Source: an uncultured Azospirillum sp. (GTDB taxonomy: Bacteria > Pseudomonadota > Alphaproteobacteria > RF32 > CAG-239). Taken from it: a stretch of 64,000 nt of DNA. Each line of letters opens with the position of its first letter. Within the stretch, counting starts at the first letter, position 1. This document shows positions 37,115 through 47,917 of the stretch, one piece after another. The notes beneath the pieces are model-generated. The model saw nothing but the letters and a program-made list of their open reading frames with translations, was not told the origin of the DNA and made no database searches. The DNA lies in the NCBI GenBank assembly GCA_947301965.1, contig CAMYUM010000003.1, positions 30,127 through 94,126 of the forward strand. The letters run 5' to 3'. The position numbers and the translations under genes are program-made.

Positions 37115-37603
37115 ATGCCGCAACTTAATAGTGCAACTTTTGTATCGCAAATTTTTTGGCTCGTAATCAGCTTTATGTTAATGTGGCTGGTTGTGGGGCG
37201 TTTTATTGTACCTAAAATAAATGATATTTGGAAACGTCGTCAAAGAAAAATTGATGATTATGTTGCGGCGGCCGAGGAATTTAGAACGTCGGCGGAAGAT
37301 TTGATTGCCCGTTATAATTCGGCGGTTGATAAAGCGGAAAAGCAGGCCGAAGACAGCTGGCAAGCGGTTTATGATGAGCTAAAACGCCAGTCTGATGAGC
37401 TGCATGCGGATATGGATGAGCGTTTGAAAAAACAACTTGCCGAGAGCAGTGAAAATTTACGGCGTGTGGAGCAAATGATTAAAACAAAGGTTGACGTTAT
37501 GGTGGCTGATTTGTCTGAAGCTGTCGTAAACAAACTTGAGATTTCCGACATTGAACGTAAAGATATTGAAAAGGCGTTAGAGCGGGAGAACCATAATGGA
37601 TGA
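37115..37603 (+). CDS. atpF2: ATP synthase F0 subunit b'
   Basis: single N-terminal TM then charged coiled coil; position after atpE typical of alphaproteobacteria. Confidence 0.75.
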   Translation: MPQLNSATFVSQIFWLVISFMLMWLVVGRFIVPKINDIWKRRQRKIDDYVAAAEEFRTSAEDLIARYNSAVDKAEKQAEDSWQAVYDELKRQSDELHADMDERLKKQLAESSENLRRVEQMIKTKVDVMVADLSEAVVNKLEISDIERKDIEKALERENHNG

Positions 37604-38213
37604 ATTGCTCGAAAATAACGCCGGAAAAGAGCTTATTGAAGCAACACAAGAAGTTGTGATTGATGCCGTAAACGATGTGGGCAATATTATTAAAACCACA
37701 ACCGAGGGCATTGCCAATACCAACCATGAGCTGTTCTATCAATCTCCGGAATTTTGGGTGGGGATGGCATTTGTGACAGTGGTGGCGGTTTTGTACATTC
37801 CGCTCAAAAAAATATTTTCGAGGTTGTTGCAAAAACGGATTGATAATGTTGTTACCCAAATAAAAGATGCCGAACAACTCCGAGACGAAGCACGCGGTAT
37901 TTTGGCGGAGTACGAACAAAAGGTTGAAGGCGTAAAATCAAAAACAGCACGAATTGTGCGCAAAGCCAAAAGCGATACGGAGGCTTTTAAGGCCGCGGAA
38001 ATGAAAAAAATAGATGAAGAATTATCAGCTCAAAAGCGGCAAGTTGAGGCAATAATTAAATCAAATGAAGAAAAAATGGTGGCCGAATCGTCAAAGATAA
38101 TTGTAGATCGTGCAAACAAAGTTTTACAAACCGCAATCGGTGTCGGTTTGAGTACAAAAAGCAAAAAAAATCTGATTGATAAATCAATTAAGGCTATATC
38201 TGAACTGAAATAG
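37596..38213 (+). CDS. atpF: ATP synthase F0 subunit b (with ~50-aa N-terminal extension before the TM helix)
   Basis: TM (FWVGMAFVTVVAVLYIPL) followed by long charged helix; overlaps atpF2 stop. Confidence 0.75.
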   Translation: MDELLENNAGKELIEATQEVVIDAVNDVGNIIKTTTEGIANTNHELFYQSPEFWVGMAFVTVVAVLYIPLKKIFSRLLQKRIDNVVTQIKDAEQLRDEARGILAEYEQKVEGVKSKTARIVRKAKSDTEAFKAAEMKKIDEELSAQKRQVEAIIKSNEEKMVAESSKIIVDRANKVLQTAIGVGLSTKSKKNLIDKSIKAISELK

Positions 38214-38385
38214 TGCAAATTCTGCGCAATGCTTTCCGATATAAAAAGAGTCTGTGAAAGCAATATATTTTTTTCTTGAAGAATCAATGTAAGTGTTATA
38301 AATTATGCCCGAATTTTAAGTGGAAAATCGTAGTTTATATGATTTTTGTTTTTTAACCTAATGCTAATAGGAGCACAGATAAACC

Positions 38386-41070
38386 ATGAGTAAATGGGTA
38401 TATACATTTGGAAACGGCAAAGCCGAGGGCGATGCCACCATGCGTAATCTCCTTGGCGGTAAAGGTGCTAACCTTGCAGAAATGAACAAGGTTGGATTGC
38501 CGGTTCCTCCGGGATTTACGGTTACTACTGAAGTTTGTACATATTATTATAATAACAATCATACCTATCCGGCTGATTTGAAAGAACAGGTAAAAGAGGC
38601 TGTTGCCGGTGTTGAGAAAATTATGGGCAAAAAGTTTGCTGATGCTAACAATCCTTTGCTTTTCTCAGTTCGTTCCGGTGCAAGAGTTTCGATGCCGGGT
38701 ATGATGGATACCGTTTTGAACCTCGGTTTGAATGATGAAACAGTTAAAGCTTTGGCTAAAGCTTCGGGTTCAGAGCGTTTTGCGTATGACTCATATCGTC
38801 GTTTTCTCCAAATGTTTTCTGACGTGGTTTTGGGTGCTGACCTGGAATTGTATGAAGAAGCTTTGGAAAATATGAAAAAGTCAAAAGGTTATAAATCTGA
38901 TACAGATTTGACCGCTGATGACTTGAAAGCATTGGTTGCTCAATATAAAGAAATCGGTCAGAAAATCGGTAAAGTTGTTCCGCAAGATCCATGGGATCAA
39001 TTGTGGGCAGGTATCGGTGCCGTATTCGGTTCTTGGATGGTTGATCGTGCCATTACTTATCGTAAATTGAACAATATTCCAGGTGACTGGGGTACAGCCG
39101 TTAACGTTCAAACCATGGTATTCGGTAACGCCGGTGATGACTGTGCAACAGGTGTTTGCTTCTCACGTGACCCGGCAACTGGTGAAAACGTATATTACGG
39201 TGAATATTTGGTTAATGCTCAAGGTGAAGACGTTGTGGCCGGTATTCGTACTCCGCAACCGATGGGCTCAAAAGGTGACGGAACTTCTTTGGAAGAAAAA
39301 TGGCCGCACCTGTATAAAGAATTGGTTGATGTTCGTAACAACCTCGAAGCTCACTACAAAGATATGCAGGATATGGAATTTACCATTGAGCACGGCAAAC
39401 TCTGGATGTTGCAATGCCGTAACGGTAAACGTACAGCACAAGCCGCTGTTCGTATGGCCGTAGAAATGGTTGAAGAAGGCCTGCTTAATAAAGAAGAAGC
39501 TATTATGCGCGTTGGTGCTGATCAGTTGGATCAGTTATTGCACCCGATGCTTGACCCGAAAGCCAAGAAAAATGTTATTGCTACAGGTCTTCCGGCTTCT
39601 CCCGGTGCTGCCGTAGGTCGCGCCGTATTTTGTGCCGAAGATGCTGAAGCTTGGGCTGCCAAAGGTGAAAAAGTTATCTTGATTCGTAACGAAACTTCTC
39701 CTGAAGATATCGGCGGTATGCATGCTTCTCAAGGTGTTATTACTGCTCGCGGCGGTATGACTTCTCACGCAGCCGTTGTTGCTCGCGGTATGGGAACTCC
39801 TTGCGTTTCCGGTTCTCATGATATTGTTATAAGCTATAAAGACAAAACCATGAGCACCAAGTCAGGTGTTGTTATTAAAGAAGGTGATTGGGTATCTTTG
39901 GATGGTGCCAAAGGTCAAATCATTGAAGGTCAGGTTCCGACAGTTAAAGCCGATACCAACAGCGGTAACTTCGGTAAATTGATGGGTTGGGTTGATGAAA
40001 TCCGTACAATGGAAGTTCGTGCTAATGCCGAAACTCCTAAAGATGCTCAACAAGCCCGTGATTTTGGCGCTCAAGGTATTGGTTTGGCTCGTACCGAACA
40101 CATGTTCTTTGATGCCGATCGTATTCCTAATATGAGAGCAATGATTTTGTCTGACAACGAAGAAGGTCGCCGTGCGGCTTTGGCTCGCTTGTTGCCTTAT
40201 CAAAAACAAGACTTTAAAGACTTGTTCAAGATTATGGATGGTCTGCCGGTTGTTATTCGTTTGCTCGATCCTCCGCTTCATGAGTTCTTGCCGCATACTG
40301 ATGCTGAAATGCAAGAATTGGCAGATAAAATGGGAATGACTTTGCAACAAGTTAAGAATCGTTCCGATGCTTTGCACGAAGCTAATCCGATGCTCGGTCA
40401 CCGCGGTTGCCGTTTGCCGATTACCTATCCGGAAATTTGCGAAATGCAAACCCGTGCTATTTTGGAAGCTGCTATTGAGAGCGCCGATGCCGGTGTTAAG
40501 GTAGTACCGGAAATCGAAGTTCCTTTGACAGGTTCTAAGAAAGAACTCGATATTGTTAAAAACATTATTGATACTACTGCCGAGAAAGTTTTTGCTGAAA
40601 AAGGCAAAAAGGTTAAGTATGAAGTCGGTTCAATGATTGAACTGCCTCGCGCAGCTTTGAAAGCTGATGAGTTGGCTCAGTCTGCCGAGTTCTTCGGCTT
40701 CGGTACCAATGACCTGACTCAGACGACTCTTGGTATGAGCCGTGATGATACAGGTGCCATCTTGGATGAATATCGCGCTCGCGGTGTTTATGTTGCCGAT
40801 CCGTTTGCTTCAATTGACGTTGAAGGTGTCGGTATGTTGGTTAAGATGGCTTGCCACAAAGCTCGTTCATCGAATCCGAAAATTTGGCTCGGTGTTTGCG
40901 GTGAACACGGTGGTGATCCTGCATCAATCGACTTCTTCCAGACTTGCGGTATGAACTATGTTTCATGCTCACCGTTCCGTGTACCGGTAGCTCGTCTGGC
41001 GGCTGCTCAAGCTGCGGTTCGTCATAAAAATGATAAGCCGGAAGATTGCTGCTGCAAGAAAGCCTGCTAA
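38386..41070 (+). CDS. ppdK: pyruvate, phosphate dikinase
   Basis: full-length match: MSKWVYTFGNGKAEGDATMRNLLGGKGANLAEM..., catalytic His region GGMTSHAAVVARG, C-terminal PEP-utilising TIM barrel; unusual C-terminal EDCCCKKAC tail. Confidence 0.95.
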   Translation: MSKWVYTFGNGKAEGDATMRNLLGGKGANLAEMNKVGLPVPPGFTVTTEVCTYYYNNNHTYPADLKEQVKEAVAGVEKIMGKKFADANNPLLFSVRSGARVSMPGMMDTVLNLGLNDETVKALAKASGSERFAYDSYRRFLQMFSDVVLGADLELYEEALENMKKSKGYKSDTDLTADDLKALVAQYKEIGQKIGKVVPQDPWDQLWAGIGAVFGSWMVDRAITYRKLNNIPGDWGTAVNVQTMVFGNAGDDCATGVCFSRDPATGENVYYGEYLVNAQGEDVVAGIRTPQPMGSKGDGTSLEEKWPHLYKELVDVRNNLEAHYKDMQDMEFTIEHGKLWMLQCRNGKRTAQAAVRMAVEMVEEGLLNKEEAIMRVGADQLDQLLHPMLDPKAKKNVIATGLPASPGAAVGRAVFCAEDAEAWAAKGEKVILIRNETSPEDIGGMHASQGVITARGGMTSHAAVVARGMGTPCVSGSHDIVISYKDKTMSTKSGVVIKEGDWVSLDGAKGQIIEGQVPTVKADTNSGNFGKLMGWVDEIRTMEVRANAETPKDAQQARDFGAQGIGLARTEHMFFDADRIPNMRAMILSDNEEGRRAALARLLPYQKQDFKDLFKIMDGLPVVIRLLDPPLHEFLPHTDAEMQELADKMGMTLQQVKNRSDALHEANPMLGHRGCRLPITYPEICEMQTRAILEAAIESADAGVKVVPEIEVPLTGSKKELDIVKNIIDTTAEKVFAEKGKKVKYEVGSMIELPRAALKADELAQSAEFFGFGTNDLTQTTLGMSRDDTGAILDEYRARGVYVADPFASIDVEGVGMLVKMACHKARSSNPKIWLGVCGEHGGDPASIDFFQTCGMNYVSCSPFRVPVARLAAAQAAVRHKNDKPEDCCCKKAC

Positions 41071-41076
41071 AAAACG

Positions 41077-41197
41077 CATATAACAAGCTCATCTAGAGCT
41101 AAAATTGCGAAAAGGGAAAAATTCATGTACTTCTTTGTACACTGGGATTTTTCCCTTTCTTATTTTGACTCTATCTGAACTGTTTTCTGTGTTTTTT
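41077..41197. repeat. intergenic repeat element copy 1 (~121 bp) with nested hairpins and T-run end
   Basis: ATAACAAGCTCATCTAGAGCTAAAAT...GGGAAAAATTCATGTACTTCTTTGTACACTGGGATTTTTCCC...; 9-bp inverted repeat GGGAAAAAT/ATTTTTCCC enclosing TGTAC..GTACA. Confidence 0.8.
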
Positions 41198-41202
41198 AGG
41201 GT

Positions 41203-41325
41203 ATATATAACAAGCTCATCTAGAGCTAAAATTGTTCAATAAGGAAAAATTCATGTACTTCTTTGTACACTGGAATTTTTCCCTTTCTTATTTTAACTTT
41301 ATCTGAACTGTTCTCTACGTTTTTT
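41203..41325. repeat. intergenic repeat element copy 2 (tandem to copy 1, ~90% identical)
   Basis: direct read; period ~126 bp. Confidence 0.8.
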
Positions 41326-41591
41326 GTACGCTCCTGTCGCTAAAGGAGTTTTTTCTTATTATTAGCCTCATAAATCACCTTCTAAGGAAAGTGCATATAT
41401 ATCTGTAGAAAAAATTTCTTTGCTCATTTTAACCATATATTAATGATTGTCGGAGGTTTTGGGGCAATAAAATATAAGAAAAAAGTTATATTTTTTATTT
41501 TTTTGTAATTTTGTTATTGAAAAATTAATTCTTATTGCTTAATTTAGCTAATGTATATTTATGAATATAAAACCATATATGGAGAAATAAT

Positions 41592-42047
41592 ATGAAAAAA
41601 CTTTTAGGTCTGTTTTGTGTAGTTGCTTTGTTATCTGCATGCTCTACCACAAGTGAACTTTTTGGCGGTAGCGAATGCGACTCTAGAGATGCACGCAACT
41701 TTATGGCTAATGCTGAAGACAGAGTATACTTTGACTTCGACAGCTCTGCTTTGACTAACAATGCTAAAGAAGCTCTTGATACTCAAGTTAAATGGTTGAA
41801 GAAACATGAGAAAGTTGACGTTGTTGTTCAAGGTTACTGCGATGAACGCGGTACAAGAGAATACAACTTGGCTTTGGGTGAACGTCGTGCCAATGCTATC
41901 AAGTCTTACTTGGTAAGCAACGGTATTGCCGCTAACAGAATTTCTACCATTTCTTATGGCAAAGAAAGACCGGCTGTTTTGGGTAGCAACGAAGCTGCTT
42001 GGGCCCAGAATCGTCGTGGTGTAACAGTTGTTAAATCTGCTCGCTAA
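41592..42047 (+). CDS. pal: peptidoglycan-associated lipoprotein (OmpA-like domain)
   Basis: lipobox LLSAC; OmpA-C domain motifs (YCDERGTREYNLALGERRANAIKSYL). Confidence 0.9.
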   Translation: MKKLLGLFCVVALLSACSTTSELFGGSECDSRDARNFMANAEDRVYFDFDSSALTNNAKEALDTQVKWLKKHEKVDVVVQGYCDERGTREYNLALGERRANAIKSYLVSNGIAANRISTISYGKERPAVLGSNEAAWAQNRRGVTVVKSAR

Positions 42048-42065
42048 TACGACAGACTTACATGT

Positions 42066-42103
42066 TGAAAAAAGAGGTATCTGTTGGATACCTCTTTTTT
42101 TGT
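42066..42103 (+). terminator. rho-independent terminator after pal (AGAGGTATC-tgttg-GATACCTCT + T7)
   Basis: perfect 9-bp stem. Confidence 0.8.
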
Positions 42104-42160
42104 CTTGAGATATTGAAAATTTTGCAATATTTTTAAGAAAAGTAACTTTGGGATGGAAAA

Positions 42161-42988
42161 ATGAAAAAATATTGGTTGTTTATTTTGGTTTCGCTATTGG
42201 TCGGAACCCCTGTTGCAAAAGCTCAAGATATTTCGGTATTGCAACAAGAACTGGAAGATGTGCGAGAGGATATTAAAATCCTGCAGCGTCGAGCTTATAA
42301 TAATGAAGATAAAGGCGATACCGTCGTACAGGTAAGCAGACTCGATGAACAAGTTCGCAGTACATCGGGAAAACTGGATGAGCTGGAATATAGAATTAAG
42401 CAACTTGATGAAAAAATTGATATGATTAATAGGGATATTGATATCCGTATTAAGATGCTTGAGGGTAAAAAAATAGACAGTTCCGTCAGTGCCAATGTTC
42501 CGGATAATACCCCGAAGTTTGCTGCTCCGGTAGCGACGGAAGCTCCGCAATCGATTGTCGGCGGAAGTATCAGCGGGGAAGACTTGAAGCCCGCTAACGG
42601 AGATACGGCGCCGGAAATTTATCAATCAGGATTGGAAGCATTGAAGGCAAATCAATATGCCGATGCCGAAAAAGCTTTTACCAAAGTTGTAACCCGGTTT
42701 TCGGGTGATAAATTGGCCGGTAATGCACAATATTGGTTGGGCGAAACGTTTTATGCCCGCCAGGAATATGACAAGGCAGCAATAACTTTTGCCAAAGGAT
42801 ATCAGCAGTATCATGATAATGCTAAAGCGGCTGACAGTTTGTTGAAGCTGGGAATGTCAATGAAAGCCTTAAAGAAGAATAAAGAGGCTTGCGCAGCTTT
42901 TGTCAGTTTGCCGACAGAATTTCCCAATGCTGATAAAAATGTAAAAGATAAAGCGGCTGCGGAAAAGAAAAATTTGGGCTGTAAATAA
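42161..42988 (+). CDS. cpoB: Tol-Pal system protein CpoB/YbgF (signal peptide, coiled coil, C-terminal TPR)
   Basis: position after pal; coiled-coil 25-110; TPR-like YWLGETFYARQEYDKAAITF. Confidence 0.8.
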   Translation: MKKYWLFILVSLLVGTPVAKAQDISVLQQELEDVREDIKILQRRAYNNEDKGDTVVQVSRLDEQVRSTSGKLDELEYRIKQLDEKIDMINRDIDIRIKMLEGKKIDSSVSANVPDNTPKFAAPVATEAPQSIVGGSISGEDLKPANGDTAPEIYQSGLEALKANQYADAEKAFTKVVTRFSGDKLAGNAQYWLGETFYARQEYDKAAITFAKGYQQYHDNAKAADSLLKLGMSMKALKKNKEACAAFVSLPTEFPNADKNVKDKAAAEKKNLGCK

Positions 42989-44109
42989 TGCCGGGTTTGC
43001 AACAACTTTTTAATTCAGAACTAAATCGAATCGCAAAACAATACAATCTTAATCAAAAAAAGATGGCGATAGCCGTGTCCGGTGGTGCGGATTCTTTGGC
43101 GTTGGCTTTTTTGATCAAAGAGTATGCACAAAAATTTAATGTCAAAATTATTGCGTTGACGGTTAATCACAATTTGCGACCGGAAGCAAAAGAAGAAGCT
43201 GAGTATGTGGCTCGTTTGATGAAAAAAAACGGAATCGAACACCACGTACTGGAGTGGAAACATTTGAAATTAAGTACGGGAATTGAAACTAAAGCCCGTG
43301 AGGCGCGTTATAATTTGCTCTTTGACTGGTGCAGGAAGAATAAGGTGAAGAATTTGCTCACGGCACACCACTTGCGGGATCAGGCAGAAACTTTTTTGAT
43401 GAGGTTGCAAAGAGGAAGCGGCGTTGATGGTTTGGCCTCAATGTCAAGTGTGGTTGAGCGTGACGGAGTGTGGGTTGTTCGTCCGTTGTTAAATGTTGAG
43501 CCGCAGGCTTTACGAGATTTTTTGGTCGAAAATAAAATTGAATGGAAAGAAGATGCTTCCAATGAGTGTGATGATTTTCTGCGGGTAAGAGTGCGAAAGA
43601 TGTTACCAAAGCTGGAAAAAGAGCTGGGTATCACCATTCAAAAAATCGGAGTTGCCGTGAATGCTTTGAACGGTGCGCGAGAATATTTTGCCGCTCAAGC
43701 AAATGAGTTTATAGAGAATCGTTGCCGTAATTGGTATGGGTGCGGTTGGAGCTTTAATCCCGAAATGTTTGCTCAACTGCATAACGAAATTAAAATTCGT
43801 GTGGTTGCAGAACTGATAAAAAATATCGGCAACGATGATTATGCTCCCGAGTATGTTGCGTTGGAACGATTGTGTGAGGCAATAGCCGGGAAAGATTTCA
43901 GAGGAGCTACACTCGGGAAATGTGAGGTTTTGAAATTTAATCGGCGGATTTGGTTCGTGGCCGAAAACAAGACAAATTCAGTTTTAAGCAAAGAACAGTG
44001 GAATACTTATATATTAAAGCATCCAAGGGTATTGACGCACGGATTGCCATATAAGTTAAAACTTAATTTGTATGAAAAAAGCGGTAAAGCGGTTGAGTTT
44101 GATAAATAA
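42988..44109 (+). CDS. tilS: tRNA(Ile)-lysidine synthetase
   Basis: PP-loop SGGADS; start ATG overlaps cpoB stop (TAATG). Confidence 0.85.
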   Translation: MPGLQQLFNSELNRIAKQYNLNQKKMAIAVSGGADSLALAFLIKEYAQKFNVKIIALTVNHNLRPEAKEEAEYVARLMKKNGIEHHVLEWKHLKLSTGIETKAREARYNLLFDWCRKNKVKNLLTAHHLRDQAETFLMRLQRGSGVDGLASMSSVVERDGVWVVRPLLNVEPQALRDFLVENKIEWKEDASNECDDFLRVRVRKMLPKLEKELGITIQKIGVAVNALNGAREYFAAQANEFIENRCRNWYGCGWSFNPEMFAQLHNEIKIRVVAELIKNIGNDDYAPEYVALERLCEAIAGKDFRGATLGKCEVLKFNRRIWFVAENKTNSVLSKEQWNTYILKHPRVLTHGLPYKLKLNLYEKSGKAVEFDK

Positions 44110-44150
44110 AAAAACTATATTATGAGAAGTTGAATTTTTATAAGGAATAA

Positions 44151-46025
44151 ATGATGAAAGCTGGAAAAAACTTGTTATTTTGGATTGCGGCAATAGTAGT
44201 GATTGCGTTGCTCAGCAATTTGGCCGGTGTGAGCAGAGGAACTCCGATGTCACGCGGAAATAATTTGGCTTTTTCCGATTTTATGAATTTTGTTGAGAAT
44301 AAAAATATCGAATCGGTTTCTATTTCCGGTCATGATATTACCGGCAGTATGAGCGATGGCAGTCGTTTTTATACTTATGCTCCTAATGATCCTTCAATGT
44401 TTGAAACTTTACGAAAGTCCGGAGTTAAGGTCGAAGCTAAACCACAGGATAATACGGCAGATACTTTTTGGGGAGTGTTTATTTCGTGGTTCCCGATGAT
44501 TTTGTTGATCGGGGTTTGGATATTTTTTATGCGTCAGGCAAATTCAGGCAACAATAAGGCTATGAGTTTCGGAAAATCACGGGCGAGATTAATTGAAAAT
44601 ACCAAAAAAGTTACTTTTGCCGATGTTGCCGGATGTGACGAATCAAAACAAGAGCTTGAAGAAATAATAGACTTTTTAAAAGACCCGCAAAAATTTCAAC
44701 GTTTGGGCGGAAAAATTCCGAAGGGCGTTTTGTTGGTAGGTCCTCCGGGAACAGGTAAAACTTTGTTGGCAAAAGCAGTTGCCGGCGAAGCAGACGTGCC
44801 GTTCTTCTCAATTTCTGGTTCAGATTTTGTGGAGATGTTTGTCGGTGTGGGTGCATCACGTGTGCGTGATATGTTTGCACAAGCAAAGAAAAATGCACCA
44901 TGCCTGCTGTTTATTGATGAAATTGATGCTGTGGGGCGTCATCGCGGTGCTGGTCTGGGCGGTGGAAATGACGAGCGCGAGCAGACATTAAACCAACTGT
45001 TGGTTGAGATGGATGGTTTTGATGAAAATGAAAATGTAATTCTAATTGCCGCAACTAACCGTCCTGATGTTTTGGATCCGGCCTTATTGCGTCCGGGGCG
45101 TTTTGACCGTCAGGTGGTTGTAACTAATCCGGATTTGAAAGGGCGTGAAGAAATTTTGAAAGTGCACGTCAAAAAAGTTCCGCTGGCTAAAGATGTTAAT
45201 CTTGCAGTTATTGCCCGCGGTACTCCGGGGTTTTCGGGAGCGGATTTGGCTAATTTGGTGAACGAGGCGGCATTGCTTGCAGCGCGTAAAAACAAGCGTA
45301 AAGTTACTTCAAAAGACTTTGATGATGCCAAAGATAAAGTGATGATGGGTAATGAGCGCAAATCAATGGCGATGGATGAGCAAGAAAAAATGCTGACGGC
45401 TTATCACGAAGCCGGACATGCAATATGCTCTCTTAATGTACCGGAAACCGATCCTATTCATAAAGCAACAATTATACCGAGAGGGCGGGCTCTCGGCATG
45501 GTGCAGCAGTTGCCGGAAAAAGATCAATATTCTTACTCGCGGGCAAAGATGCTTTCACGCCTTATTATTACTATGGGCGGACGTGCTGCGGAAGAAATTA
45601 AGTTCGGTTATGATAAAGTAACCAGCGGCGCATCATCAGACATTGCCGCGGCAACCAAATTGGCGCGGGCGATGGTTACCGAATGGGGAATGAGCGACAA
45701 ATTAGGTCCAATTTTGTACGTCGACAACTCTGAAGAAGTCTTTTTGGGTAAGTCTGTTACGCAAAATAAAAATATGAGTGAAGAAACCGCACGTCTGATT
45801 GATGCGGAAATTAAGCGTTTAGTCAGCGAAGCTCACGAATCAGCACTTAAAATTTTGCATGATAAAAAAGACGATTGGGAACACTTGGCTCAGGCCCTGA
45901 TTGAGTATGAAACCTTGAGCGGTGACGAGATAAAAGCTATCTTGCGCGGTGAAGAGATTTTGAAGAATAAAGATGCTCCGGTTCCTGAGGAGAAAAAGAC
46001 TAAGAGTTCAGTCCCCGAAGTATGA
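44151..46025 (+). CDS. ftsH: ATP-dependent zinc metalloprotease FtsH
   Basis: two N-terminal TM, Walker [18 protein letters not shown] zinc motif. Confidence 0.95.
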   Translation: MMKAGKNLLFWIAAIVVIALLSNLAGVSRGTPMSRGNNLAFSDFMNFVENKNIESVSISGHDITGSMSDGSRFYTYAPNDPSMFETLRKSGVKVEAKPQDNTADTFWGVFISWFPMILLIGVWIFFMRQANSGNNKAMSFGKSRARLIENTKKVTFADVAGCDESKQELEEIIDFLKDPQKFQRLGGKIPKGVLLVGPPGTGKTLLAKAVAGEADVPFFSISGSDFVEMFVGVGASRVRDMFAQAKKNAPCLLFIDEIDAVGRHRGAGLGGGNDEREQTLNQLLVEMDGFDENENVILIAATNRPDVLDPALLRPGRFDRQVVVTNPDLKGREEILKVHVKKVPLAKDVNLAVIARGTPGFSGADLANLVNEAALLAARKNKRKVTSKDFDDAKDKVMMGNERKSMAMDEQEKMLTAYHEAGHAICSLNVPETDPIHKATIIPRGRALGMVQQLPEKDQYSYSRAKMLSRLIITMGGRAAEEIKFGYDKVTSGASSDIAAATKLARAMVTEWGMSDKLGPILYVDNSEEVFLGKSVTQNKNMSEETARLIDAEIKRLVSEAHESALKILHDKKDDWEHLAQALIEYETLSGDEIKAILRGEEILKNKDAPVPEEKKTKSSVPEV

Positions 46026-46033
46026 TAAAAAAG

Positions 46034-46100
46034 TGCGTATAACAGCTCATCTAGAGCTAAAATCGCAAAAAGGAAAAATTCATGTACTTCTTTGTACACT
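46034..46100. repeat. intergenic repeat element copy 3 (5' ~68 bp of the 41.1-kb element)
   Basis: GTGCGTATAACAGCTCATCTAGAGCTAAAATCGCAAAAAGGAAAAATTCATGTACTTCTTTGTACACTG matches copies 1/2 then diverges. Confidence 0.75.
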
Positions 46101-46247
46101 GCGGTGCTTTCGCTCTTGTTTCTTGTTATTTACCTCATTCTCCGAGTTTTTGACAAATGGATAACTAGCACATAAATTTCATTTTTTTATATTTGTTACC
46201 ATTTGTTAGGAATATTTATGTATTATCATATCCGAGGAGATTTTGAT

Positions 46248-47600
46248 ATGGCAGGAAAATTGTTTGGTACAGACGGTGTGCGCGGTGTGGCAAATCAATA
46301 TCCGATGAATGTTGATTTTGCGTCTAAACTCGGTATGGCTTGCGGATTGGAAATTTGTAAGAATCGGCATCGTGTTGCAATCGGGCGTGATACGCGAATT
46401 TCGGGAGAAATGTTGCAATCGTCTTTAACTGCGGGTTTTTTGGCTGCCGGTGTTGATGTAGTTTTGCTCGGGGTTTTGCCTACACCGGCCATAACCGCAA
46501 TTACGTCAGAGCTTGATGTTGACATGTCGGTTATGATTACGGCTTCACATAATCCTTATTATGATAATGGAATTAAGCTGATTGATAATCAGGGTGAAAA
46601 GTTCAGTGATGAGGTTACATCAAAGATAGAAGACCTTGTTGCGGCCGGAAATTTTGAATTAAGTCATGATAAACTCGGACGTATTATTGAGAGTAAAGAC
46701 GCAATAGAATTATATTTGCAAAAACTTAATCAGATTGTTGAAGATGAACGCCCGTTGCGTGGTTTAAAGGTGGTTTTGGATTGTGCCAACGGCTGCTTTG
46801 CCGGCATTATGCCGCAGGTTTTCAAAAATCTGGGAGCCGGGGTTATAAGCCTGGGTAATGAGCCGGATGGTTATAATATCAACCGTGACTGCGGTTCACA
46901 ACATCCGGAAAAACTTTATGAAACCGTCAAAGGTTCGCACGCTCATATCGGAATCGCCGTAGATGGTGACGGTGACAGAATCTTGGTCTGTGATGATAAC
47001 GGAAATAAAATTCCGGGAGAGGCTTTAATTGCTTTCTTAGCGCGATATTTGAAAGAGTGCGGAAAATACAGAGGTAATGCCGTTGTTTCGACAATTATTT
47101 CAAATACGGCAATGGAACGCTATATCAAAAAAATGGGCTTTGATTATTATAGTGTAAAAGTCGGAGAACGTGCAATTATTGCCAAAATGAAAGAAGTCGG
47201 TTGCAGTTTGGGCGGTGAAGAATCGGGACATATCGTGGCCGGAGACTATTGTAAAAGCGGTGACGGCATGATTAATGCCGTGCTGGTTTGTTTGGCGTTG
47301 GTTAAAAGCGGTAAAAAAATGAGCGAGATTTTTCCAGAGTTTGAATTTGATCCGTACGTTTTTGTCAGCGTTGGCGTAAAAGATCGCGAAACCGTGAAGA
47401 AAGCCGCTACCTCCGAGGAGGTATTGAATGCAGTGGCAAAAGCAGAAGCCAAAATGGCGGGTAACGGACGTGTGGTTTTACATCCGTCGGGTACCGAACC
47501 GAAAATCAGAGTTTGGGTTTCGGGAAGTGATGAAAAAATTGTACAAGAATCTGCAGATATGATTATAAATGAGGTTAAGAAGTTTCAGGAGGAAAAATGA
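46248..47600 (+). CDS. glmM: phosphoglucosamine mutase
   Basis: ORF trimmed to MAGKLFGTDGVRG (GAGGAGA RBS 46234-46240); active-site TASHNPYYDNGIK. Confidence 0.9.
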   Translation: MAGKLFGTDGVRGVANQYPMNVDFASKLGMACGLEICKNRHRVAIGRDTRISGEMLQSSLTAGFLAAGVDVVLLGVLPTPAITAITSELDVDMSVMITASHNPYYDNGIKLIDNQGEKFSDEVTSKIEDLVAAGNFELSHDKLGRIIESKDAIELYLQKLNQIVEDERPLRGLKVVLDCANGCFAGIMPQVFKNLGAGVISLGNEPDGYNINRDCGSQHPEKLYETVKGSHAHIGIAVDGDGDRILVCDDNGNKIPGEALIAFLARYLKECGKYRGNAVVSTIISNTAMERYIKKMGFDYYSVKVGERAIIAKMKEVGCSLGGEESGHIVAGDYCKSGDGMINAVLVCLALVKSGKKMSEIFPEFEFDPYVFVSVGVKDRETVKKAATSEEVLNAVAKAEAKMAGNGRVVLHPSGTEPKIRVWVSGSDEKIVQESADMIINEVKKFQEEK

Positions 47601-47914
47601 TTAAAGGAATTATTGCATTATTTTCAAGCGGTACCATATTAAACCCGATGGTGTGGCTGGGGGTTTTGGGAGGACTGTTCCTTTCGTATCGTCTCGGGCT
47701 TGAAAAAATTTATGATGTTTTTAAAGACTATAATTTTTATTTGATCAGTTTTTGTGTGGCTTTTGTTTACACATTTGCCTTCAATCAGGTTTATAAAGGT
47801 TATAGCAATGTGATTGATTGGATGGGTACGGTAAAAAGATTTTTCGGACATTGGTGGATGTTAATGCTATCGACATTTTTAGCCGCAATCTTCTTTACAA
47901 CATTGATTTTCTAG
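47597..47914 (+). CDS. small hypothetical membrane protein (105 aa, 3 TM)
   Basis: ATGA overlap with glmM stop; hydrophobic; no family recognised. Confidence 0.4.
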   Translation: MIKGIIALFSSGTILNPMVWLGVLGGLFLSYRLGLEKIYDVFKDYNFYLISFCVAFVYTFAFNQVYKGYSNVIDWMGTVKRFFGHWWMLMLSTFLAAIFFTTLIF

Positions 47915-47917
47915 GAA

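Noticed and set aside
41077-41325. CRISPR array
   Set aside because: Only two tandem ~125-bp units (too long for CRISPR repeats), with no spacer/repeat alternation and no cas genes in the window.
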